A stretch of DNA of 63,060 bases, filler included, from Reticulomyxa filosa (lineage: Eukaryota > Protista > Foraminifera): assembly GCA_000512085.1 (NCBI GenBank). It is 24 parts of 24 records of this genome, joined end to end, with 100 filler letters (N's around TTAATTAATTAA, not from the genome) between each part and the next. Parts side by side here need not be neighbours in the genome. Positions count along the whole stretch, not along the records: positions 53,862 to 55,267 come from ASPP01027339.1; positions 55,368 to 58,972 come from ASPP01027383.1; positions 59,073 to 60,127 come from ASPP01044817.1; positions 60,228 to 63,060 come from ASPP01023606.1; 20 more parts are not named here. One strand, written 5' to 3'. Position 1 is the stretch's first letter, and each line of letters begins with the position of its first letter. The position numbers were made by a program, and so were the translations under genes. This document shows positions 53,762 through 63,060 of this stretch, piece after piece. The notes under the pieces were generated by a model that did not search any database, was not told the origin of the DNA, and was given only the letters and a program-made list of their open reading frames with translations.

Positions 53762-53861
53762 NNNNNNNNNNNNNNNNNNNNNNNNNNNNNNNNNNNNNNN
53801 NNNNNTTAATTAATTAANNNNNNNNNNNNNNNNNNNNNNNNNNNNNNNNNNNNNNNNNNNN

Positions 53862-54330
53862 TAATTTTATACAATTTCATTGCCTTATATTAATGCCAGC
53901 GAATTCACAGGAAATGGACGATCAATAAACAAATGAGACAATAATGATATTGTTTCATCAAAGTACATAATTAAAAATAAAATATTGTGAAGATACCAAT
54001 AAAATTATGTATCGTAAACTAAATATTTGTGATGATATTGCGCATTTTTATTCATATGCATGTGTTTGTATAAATAGCTTAATTTTGTTTTTTGGTGGAC
54101 GAAATGATAATGCAAGCGTGACAAGGTTGTTTCAAAACAAGTGCGTGTATATTTAATAGAAAAAAGAAAATAGATGAGATGTGAAAATACTTTACTCTAC
54201 GGCAATATGGAGTGATATAGTAAGAATATACATATTATTAGATGAAATAATATAAAGAAACTTGTTGCAACACATAATAGTACACAAATTAATCACTAGT
54301 TGATTGAAGAAGAAATGAAAGTAGAAAAAG
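53862..54330 (+). pseudogene. Heavily decayed Kelch-like family gene
   Basis: Remnant YAC.CIN.LILFFGG and HII motifs shared with the other Kelch copies. Confidence 0.5.
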
Positions 54331-55367
54331 ATAATAAGTTAAATTTGAATAAAAATGAAAATAATATTTTTTTATTTGTTAAATAGGATGACAATACATT
54401 TAACCAAGAAAGAGTTGGACCAAGCAAAATAATAAAAAATAGAATCGTTATTATGATTGCAATAAGAATACTGAAATCAAAATGATAACATTCAAGTGTA
54501 AAAATGACGAAAATAATTTATATGTTTATAACCTTATATTTATTTCATTATGAACAAATAAAAAGATTTGTTATCATTTTTGCGAACTGTAGTTTCAGAT
54601 TTTGGCCTTCATGATAATAAATATAAATATGATATATTTGTAGTGTAATGAGATAAAAACTATTATCAATTGATTGGATAATATCATTTGCTTGTGATAA
54701 AATGATATTGCTTAATTTACCTAAAATTTTTATCGTTGCTATTTGTCGTACTAAATGTGATCAATTTAAAATGATGTCATATACTGATGTATATCCTAAA
54801 AACTATTAATACTTTACTTCGTTTTCTATTTTTAACATGTACGTATATACACGTAAACATAAGTATATTAAAACAATTTGCAATAACACACCTACTCTTA
54901 ACTAAACGATCACAAATATATTGACGCTAGTAATGGTACTCTCATGGCCATCACCGTGGATATCCTATTTTTCATTGTCTTGGTTATTGTTATTGATATT
55001 GATATTGGCATTGAGCAAAAGCACGGTATTGACCGAGTGCGCAGGCGGAGGGGCATCAGCGATATGAGCATGTAACACAACAACAAGATGAGGTATATCT
55101 TGTGGAACGGTGTAGCCATGAACGATGAATTAGGAGATGTCACCGGGTCGTTGTTGGTGGTCATCGACAGCACGCGCATTCGAGTCCAAAGCGTTGATGT
55201 CAATACAGTCACCTTTGACAGACAACCAAAACGGCGTGTATCTGTTCGTGATATCGTTTCAGTTCCTNNNNNNNNNNNNNNNNNNNNNNNNNNNNNNNNN
55301 NNNNNNNNNNNTTAATTAATTAANNNNNNNNNNNNNNNNNNNNNNNNNNNNNNNNNNNNNNNNNNNN

Positions 55368-55785
55368 GGCAAAACAAAAATGGAAAGAAAAGAGTGATAT
55401 GGACGTGGTGGATCCTCTTGGTGACAACTTTCTGTTAAGTACAAAGCTGCCTCAATCCTCGATTGTGAACAATGATCAACTTAGCGACGAACAGAAGGCA
55501 GTCGCATTGATTGATAAGTATATTGTCACAGGGGCGCAATATGAGGTTAATCTTCCTTATGACATGCGTATGAACTTTATGAAACTTTTGCATCCTCGTC
55601 ATCCTCGTTATATGCCTCGCCATCTTCATCAACAAACCAATCCTTTTGAACAAATGACTCTTTCTGATTTTGTTTTTTTGTTTGATCCTGTGTTGAAAGA
55701 ACTTTTCCAGCTAATGCGACACTCATATTCACGTTTCACAACCACCACTGCTTTTCACAATTTTATGGAACATATTCATCCTTGA
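55368..55785 (+). CDS. RGS-domain protein C-terminus (5'-truncated)
   Basis: A..LIDKYIV.GA.YEVNL....R...FD....E+..LM..SYSRF is the RGS box C-terminal half. Confidence 0.85.
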
Positions 55786-55929
55786 TAATTCACGTTTTGT
55801 AATGTTTGTGGAATTTTTTAAAAATGTTGTTGATAATGCAAAAAATGAGACACAAGATTATTATTTTTTAAAATTCTGTTGACTTGCTTTCAATGCCTTT
55901 TTTAAACTCTACTTCATTATGTACCAACA

Positions 55930-56871
55930 TTAACAACTCTTTTTCAAAGTTTGAAGGATTTACCCGTTTCATTTTATAAATCTCAATGTATTCTACATAA
56001 ACATGAACTCCTCATTTGTGGATGTTGGAACAAAAGAGAATGTTATTCTTATCATACACTCAAAAATGAATATAAGTTTATTTATGAGTAAGTGATATTG
56101 AATTATTTGGACATTGTAACAAAGATAAAAATGAAATTACTTTATTATCTTTTGGTGGAAATAAATGTACACGACATACATTGATAATGAAATATGTAAG
56201 TATTTGAATAAATCAATTACAATAAATGGATTCCTTTCACAGATAATTATAATAATCTAATTCACATTGGAAGAAATAAAGATTATTATTATGGAGTGCG
56301 TGCACTGATTGGTGGAAGCAATAATAATTTATTATTTATCACTTATTATCGAAATAATATCAGTGTATTTAATTTAAATACATTTCAATTTATTAAACAT
56401 GAAATATCATTTCATATTTTTTTTCTTTTTTACTTTTATTTAATATTGATATAAAACAATGAAACGTTGTTATTTTGTTTTGAGACAGGAAAATAATAAT
56501 ATATTTCACTATTCAATAGATATGCATATGTACACATAAATGATATTATCTTATTTTTTGGTGGATATGGTCGGGAATATGGAACATATATTACTTCAAG
56601 AAAATACCTATTTCATTATATAATTGTGTTGGAATATACATATTATTGGAGGAAGTAATGATGAAAATATATCAATATCAACTCATATGAAGACAAAAGT
56701 AACTAAATGGAGACATGCTTCACAATTGGTAGTTGTTTTTTTTTTATACAATACATTTTATTATATGCAATTGATTTATAAACAATTAACAGTTACAAAG
56801 TGAAATTAAACTTGTTATTCAAATAAAATTAGGATGGATTTATGATTTTAATAAAAATTATTATTAAATAT
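55930..56871 (+). pseudogene. Kelch-like family pseudogene ending in the module exon
   Basis: FQSLKDLP....SQCILHKHELLICG, ITLLSFGG, RALIGGSNN.LLFI and HIIGG motifs, with stops and frameshifts. Confidence 0.75.
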
Positions 56872-56930
56872 GTTAAGTAATATTTGTATATATAAATAAC
56901 TATTATTATTTTATTTATATTTTTAAATAG

Positions 56931-57762
56931 GTAAAAGGTTTTCAATTATTGAAAGTTTTAGAATCACATAGTTCTACAGTAAACAGTATAATATTTTCTG
57001 CAGATGGTCGCAAGATCGTTTCAGCATCATATAAAACTGCTCGAATATGGGATGTTGAATCACGAAAACAACTTCAAATTTTTAAAGAACACACAAATCA
57101 ATTATTTTTTGCAAAATTTTCACCAGATGGAAATAATATTTTATGTTCATGTAATGGAATAATTCAATTGTGGAATATTAATACATGAATTGAAATAATG
57201 ACATTTAAAACTGATTATAATATAAAATTGGATGTAGATTTTTCTCCAGATGGAAGATATATTGTATCAGGTTTGAGAAATAATACAATAATATTATTAG
57301 ATTTAAATTCTGGAATAGAAATGAAACAATTCTCAGCACATTCAAACGACATATTGAGTATACAATTTTCACCAGATAGTAAAATGATTGTATTATCATC
57401 AGATGATAACATAATTAGTTTGTGGAATGTAGAATCTGGTGAAAAGAATTAAACAATTCAAGAGTCATTCTGATCGTATAACACGTGCAAAATTTTCTCC
57501 AGATGGACAATTTATTATAGCGTGTTCATTTAATACAATTAGAATATGGAATATTGAAACAGGAAAAGAATGGGAAATATTGGGGACACATTCAAAATGT
57601 ATAAATGATGTAAAATATTTTCCAGATAGCCAAGCAATTGTATGGTGTTCAAATGAGAAGATAATTCAATTGTATAATATAGAGTCAGGAAAGATAATAC
57701 AAACATTGGAAGGACATTCTAGGGATGTAAAATCTGTTGATATTCGAATTTGTGGATTATAA
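56931..57762 (+). pseudogene. WD40-repeat pseudogene
   Basis: FS(A/P)DG..IVS...W repeats broken by a TGA at 57186-57188 and a frameshift near 57445. Confidence 0.85.
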
Positions 57763-57839
57763 ACTTAATAATTTTTTTTTTCAAAAATGAAAGAATATAG
57801 AGATTATTATTTATTTTTTTTAGTACTTTAAAGCAAAAT

Positions 57840-58419
57840 ATAAGTTTGATTAAATGTTCTTTTTACTTGATACCCCCACTGCAAGAATAAAGTTTTTTTT
57901 AAAAGATCATCTATCCATAATCACACCACCCTGAAGATTGTAGTGAAATTTATAGATAATAATAACAAAGATACAAATGAAATTACTTTGTTAGCTTTTG
58001 GTGAATATAATAAACATATATTGATGATGAAATATATAAGTATTGGAATTATCAAAAAATTATAATAAATGGATTCCTTTTACAGATAATCACAATAATA
58101 CAACCTCTATTGAAAGAGATGAAATTTATTATGCAATAATCAGTGGAAAAAATAATAATTTATTTATTATTTATTGTCAAAAAGGAAAGAAGTGGATCGA
58201 ATTGTAAGTTATATAAAAACAAAACTAGAAGAATGGATGAAAGAAGATGAACAAGATTGGATTATAGAAAGTGAAGAAATAATAAAAATTAAAGAATTGG
58301 ATTATTTTTGTTCTTTAATAAATTATGGAATTTTTTCAACTCAGAGATTACTTTCTGAACATAGAATCACTGATTATTATTATTTTGACAGAATGAAAAA
58401 TATAACAAAACATTTTTGA
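57840..58419 (+). pseudogene. Decayed Kelch-like family fragment
   Basis: EITLLAFG...H.LMMKYIS, KWIPFTDNHN and a KTKLEEWM...WI tail. Confidence 0.55.
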
Positions 58420-58583
58420 ATGAACAATTTTTGTGATAATATATAGTAAAATAATCCTGCTTTTTGTTTCATCAAAAAAAAGTTGAATCATTTTTTCCAT
58501 GTTAATACAACATCATTTGAATAGATTTGTTTCACTCTTTTTAAAAAGATTTTTACAACAACAAAAAATATCATTTGATTATT

Positions 58584-58972
58584 TTACAAAGTTGTCCAGA
58601 GTCTAATTGTTCCATTAGCATCACCTGAAATAAATGCATTACCATCTGGTAAAACGTGCAAAGCTATTACATCATTTTGATGTCCCTTTAATTCTTGTAT
58701 TTCCATTTGCAGTCTTAGATTCCATAATCGAATTGGCGAAAGGTAAGATGTTATAATGATTTTATTGTCCGGAAAAAATTTTAAATCAGTTGCTATACGG
58801 AAATCATATTCTAATGTTTGTACTTCGCTTCCTGATTTTACATCCCATACACGCATTGTCCCATCCAACGACACAGACACAAGTAATTGACTATCTGGAG
58901 AGAATTGTATGTTATTTATATAGTGTGCATGCGCTTGAAATTTTCTCATCTGTTTACCAGTTACTGCATTCC
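58584..58972 (-). CDS. WD40-repeat protein C-terminus (5'-truncated)
   Basis: FSPDSQLLVSVSLDGTMRVWD and LKGHQNDV...DG..FISGD.NGTIRLW. Confidence 0.88.
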
Positions 58973-60227
58973 NNNNNNNNNNNNNNNNNNNNNNNNNNNN
59001 NNNNNNNNNNNNNNNNTTAATTAATTAANNNNNNNNNNNNNNNNNNNNNNNNNNNNNNNNNNNNNNNNNNNNTTTTTTGAATTGAAATGATTTTTTATTT
59101 TCAAATGATCTTTATTTTGCCAGTTTCAAATTACTTTTTAATTTGGAAATGTAAATGTTTTGAAATGCAATCGATCTACTTTCAACACTGACTTTAATAC
59201 AAATTATTCCATCGCAAAAAAAAATCACATTTGTTGATAAATGTGAAAAAAGACTTTATATGCTAACTATACAAAATAGTGTTATCTTTTAAGAATATTT
59301 TAAATGAATTTTATTATATTAATTAATTATATATTTCATAGCATATTACATTTTGAGATTTTTTAGGTATCCAATTTAATTTGATATGTGTTGTGTAATG
59401 ACAAAAAAAAATAAAGGATGTAGTTTTTTGAAAAGTTCATTTTATTTCTCACAAATATTCAACATATCAGAATAAAACCATATTCAATCATCTTTTTACA
59501 CTTAAATGTCTAAACACCAAAATAGTTAATCTTATTAATCTATATAAATAAGTCTTTTATTTTGCCATATTTTCGAAAAAACTCTTGGCACCTCTTAGCC
59601 TTGAAGTGAATATTTGGACTTTGTTAGAAACGCAGTAAAACCAACCCTTTTCAAAAAGTTACTTCGAAAAGCCCTTTTTAAAAAATACCTAAGGATAATG
59701 GAAGTGAGCATCATCAGTTACGCTGATGATTGTGCAAACTGGAATTTAGAACAATGCCAATGTGCCAAGACCGAAGACAATACCGCAAATGCGTTAAGTT
59801 CTAGTTTCAACATTGACACAAGCTACGAATTATCAAACAAAATCGAGCAAGAGAACTTATTTGCGAATGTTCTCGCTAAAATGATAAAAGTATGACAAGT
59901 CTTTTTTTTTAGTTTTAAAAATAAAAATAACTAGGCAAATATCCGTTTTTTTTTTAAATAAAGCAATATCCAAGTAAAGATGGACATGTTTATTTTGAAA
60001 TAAATAAACTCTGTGGAGGAATGAATGCAAATGATAACAAAGCAATGCAATCAGTTGATGGAATACCACAACTGGTAAAAGAAGAGTATTGTTACATGAT
60101 TTATTTCTATTTGTTGACAAAAAAAAANNNNNNNNNNNNNNNNNNNNNNNNNNNNNNNNNNNNNNNNNNNNTTAATTAATTAANNNNNNNNNNNNNNNNN
60201 NNNNNNNNNNNNNNNNNNNNNNNNNNN

Positions 60228-61126
60228 AAAAAAAAAACGTATACGTATAAAACAAACACTTGACTTTCAGACAAAAGGATCAATATCTGGTGTGGACAAC
60301 CAATGAGGCGAAGCGGAAGCAATTTGTAAGCTTTGGATCGTACGTTGCATTTTAGCTCGAAGCTTTCGTCTTTTTACTTTTGAAATGTTTGCAGGGAATA
60401 TTGGCTGGACAGGCGTCAATTGCGACGAGGGCACGAACGCGTGAACGTTGGTATCCCACACGCGCAACGATATGTCCTTGGTATCACTTGGCTTTGTAAT
60501 GCTGTTGTCATTGTTATTAGTTTGGCCTATGGTGGATGGCAACGTGTCAAATGTCCTCTTCGGAGACTGAGGCTGGACGTCTGGATAATCCTTTGATAAC
60601 TTCTTTGTGTGTGATTCTATAAATGCTTCTACTTGCTCGATTTGATGTTGTCTTCGTTGCATTTGTTCTGTGTCTTCTCCTCCCCTTTCTGGTAATGCCC
60701 CTCTTTGTTCCATCAAGTCCGGGCCTATGCTTGCATCCATGTAACTCGACACGGTCCGCTTTTTTTTTGCTTTTTTTTAGGCTTTTTTGCTGAAGAAATT
60801 GCATTGCTTTCATTTTGCTTTGCATTCGTTCTCTCATTTAGTACTTCGCTACTTTCGCTTGAAGCGGCTATGCCAGTGTACCTTTTGACATGAGATGTCT
60901 GCTGATTTGTTGACACTTTGCTATGCGCTTTGTGGACATCACCTCTTGTTTCTTCAATACTCGCTGCTCCTACTCGTCGAGGAAGAGGAAATTCTGTGGA
61001 CGGCGTTTGAGAAATCTCCGGAAATTTCGGTGTATCAGTAAAAGTTCGTTTTCTTAAGTAGGTGAAATTTGGTATGGTCTTAAAGTGCGCTGAATCGCGT
61101 CGGATTTTCACCCAACAATGTTTCAT
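60228..61126 (-). CDS. Hypothetical protein, first exon(s), probable homopolymer frameshift near 60770
   Basis: ORFs 60725-61126 and 60267-60752 overlap at a poly-T run. No family recognised. Confidence 0.45.
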
Positions 61127-61631
61127 CTCACTAATTTTTCCTCCTTCCCCCTTATCGTCTGCCCTTTTTTTTTTACGTGCGTCCCCCTTTAAAATAATTC
61201 AAGTATTATTCATCAGTAAATCGATAAAAAGTACCTAGACAAACATAAAGTTCTGTTTTGATATGTTTTTGATTTTTTTTTGCTCGAAATGCAGTCGAAA
61301 GTATTAAATGTAAATAGTATTTTGTGAATAATCATTTTAGGTCATCAAAATGTGTGAATAAATAAACTTTGCGTTCTCTTTAAAAAATTAATTTTATGTA
61401 GCATACATGTAGCTGTAGTTGTAATGGCCCAGCAGTAAAATATTTTTTTTCGTGAAGTGTCATTTGTTTATCAATTAAAAACAAACAAAATCAAAACAAA
61501 ATTGAAGCCACGAACAATTCAAAACACTCACATTTGCAAAATGGATTAATACAAATCTATGAAAACGTGCATATTGGTCTATCAATTACCAACAAAGGCA
61601 AAAAAAAAAAGCAAGCAATTTTCATTGCCAC

Positions 61632-63019
61632 CTATTGAACTTTACGTTCCTCTTCAGTGTTAGGGTGTTCCGTCATTGTTTTTGTAGGTTCGTTATTGGA
61701 ATTAGCTTTGGAAAGTTGATAATGTGCTAAGAAATGGTTCCATCCCTTTTCTCCAGCCTTTGCCCACTGCGCATAATACATACAAGGTGTCTTTCACATA
61801 GTTGTCAATTTCAATAGGAAAAAAAAGAAAGGAAGTAAAGAATGACATTACCTGATTGTGTTTCACATACATTCGAAAGATAATTTCTTTGTATTCCTGA
61901 GTCGCGAGCTTGCTAATTTCAGTCAAGTTCACTTTTTCTTTCTGTCTTTGTGCAACACATGCGATTCAATGTAACGTTTCAAATCAAAAAAGGCATAAAA
62001 AAAAAAAAACAAAAGCAAACAAGCAAACCAAGTTGGGAGTTTTGGTTCGAAAGAAAAAGACATTGTCGATGGGATTGCTGTCCTCCATTCCATAGGATAA
62101 GCTCATCAACTGAACAATGACATCGGACTTGGTCATATCATTTGCAACAATGCCAAGTTCTTGCATCGTCTGCCAAAGCTTGTCATGTAGCAACGACTCG
62201 GCCAACTTGTAGTTAAGCAAAGGGGAGTTTTTGGAGTTAGTTGGCTCTTCTTTTGTGGGCTCTACAACAATTGATGATCGACGTTTGTTATTCTCATTCT
62301 CATTTTCATTATTGTTATTATTATTATTATTATTGCTATTAATTTCATTCACTGTTTCATTGACTTTGGTTTCGCATTGCTTTTGTCCCGCTTTGCAGAC
62401 AGATTTCTCTACGTCTTTGCTCAAAGACTCGGCCTGCAATGTGGTGACCATATCCACCCAGTCATGGACGCTCATCAAATGAGAGCCACAACATCTGTAA
62501 ATGTCACGTTGCTTCAGTCGCGTGATCAACTGTTTCGCTTGCAGAAAATCATCTTTGTTTTTGCGCGCTATTGCAAATGGAGAATATGTTTGTAAGCATA
62601 GCAATGCATACATAGAAATATATATGTAAATATATACATATATATATACATATATATATATATATATGTTTACATAAACAAACATTGTTCATCGTGTTGT
62701 GGAAGCAACTCAGTGGGAAACATGTCAATGTAGTGAACAATATGGTCGGTAAGCTGCAAGAACTCATCTCCGTGGTTGAGTTTGTCGGTAATCTTTAAGA
62801 CACCATTGCTGAGCAGCAAGATATCGCAAATCATGTATTCAATCGCTTTACTCGTTTTGTGCGAGTACACGCGTTTGAACAGCTCGTAGCGCGTGCGAAA
62901 CAGGTTGTACAGCTCAAAGTTCGTTTTCTCGTGGTAGCAAATCTGGTCGTCGATTACACGCGAGTGCGCCAATATCCGCGCATGCGAAAAGCTATTCTCT
63001 AAATTTACATTTCTGGAAT

Positions 63020-63021
<2 letters not shown>
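61632..63021 (-). CDS. SAMHD1-like HD-domain dNTP triphosphohydrolase, C-terminal exons
   Basis: RD, RVIDDQICYHEK...LYNLF.TRYELFKRVYSHKTSKAIEYMI.D.L, FLQLTD, RL..RDIY and YGM...NPIDNV.F motifs. The last exon probably ends at the TAG at 61632. Confidence 0.85.
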
Positions 63022-63059
<38 letters not shown>

Positions 63060-63060
63060 T

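Noticed and set aside
54910-55267. Moderately GC-richer ORFs on both strands at the contig end
   Set aside because: The coding strand and product could not be determined.
11938-63021. A clustered ubiquitin-proteasome/defence island (RNF213-like, Skp1, PAC2, Kelch/WD40, SAMHD1-like)
   Set aside because: The genes lie on different contigs joined artificially. There is no evidence of physical linkage.

Overview
This is not a contiguous locus. It is a pseudo-scaffold of 24 unrelated contigs joined by 23 identical 100-bp linkers (N44-TTAATTAATTAA-N44), so adjacency across a linker has no biological meaning. Most contigs are AT-rich, intron-containing eukaryotic DNA. Their gene families (expanded WD40 and Kelch families, many pseudogenes, Asn/Glu low-complexity proteins) resemble the foraminiferan Reticulomyxa filosa; this assignment is inference. 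Recognisable genes are a G-protein alpha subunit, a Skp1-like protein with a 16-nt micro-exon, a PAC2-family proteasome chaperone, a TPT-family transporter, a VPS13/Chorein N-terminus, an RNF213-like C-terminal half, a TSP1 adhesin-like protein, an RPEL-like repeat protein, an RGS domain and a SAMHD1-like HD protein. One Tc1-family transposon is fully bounded (TA target duplication, long inverted repeats, decayed transposase). Two contigs are foreign: a C4A4-telomere-capped Euplotes-type rDNA nanochromosome end with an apparently chimeric 18S 3' end, and a GC-rich alphaproteobacterial fragment (N-formylglutamate amidohydrolase, tRNA-Val, nadE). The best candidate for an undescribed system is a ~33-aa stand-alone exon (W-x-R...GW..FD...Y). 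It occurs four times: at the C-terminus of a Kelch protein, at the N-terminus of two WD40 proteins, and between a Kelch and a WD40 block. It may be a shuffled adaptor module for a large family of beta-propeller receptors.
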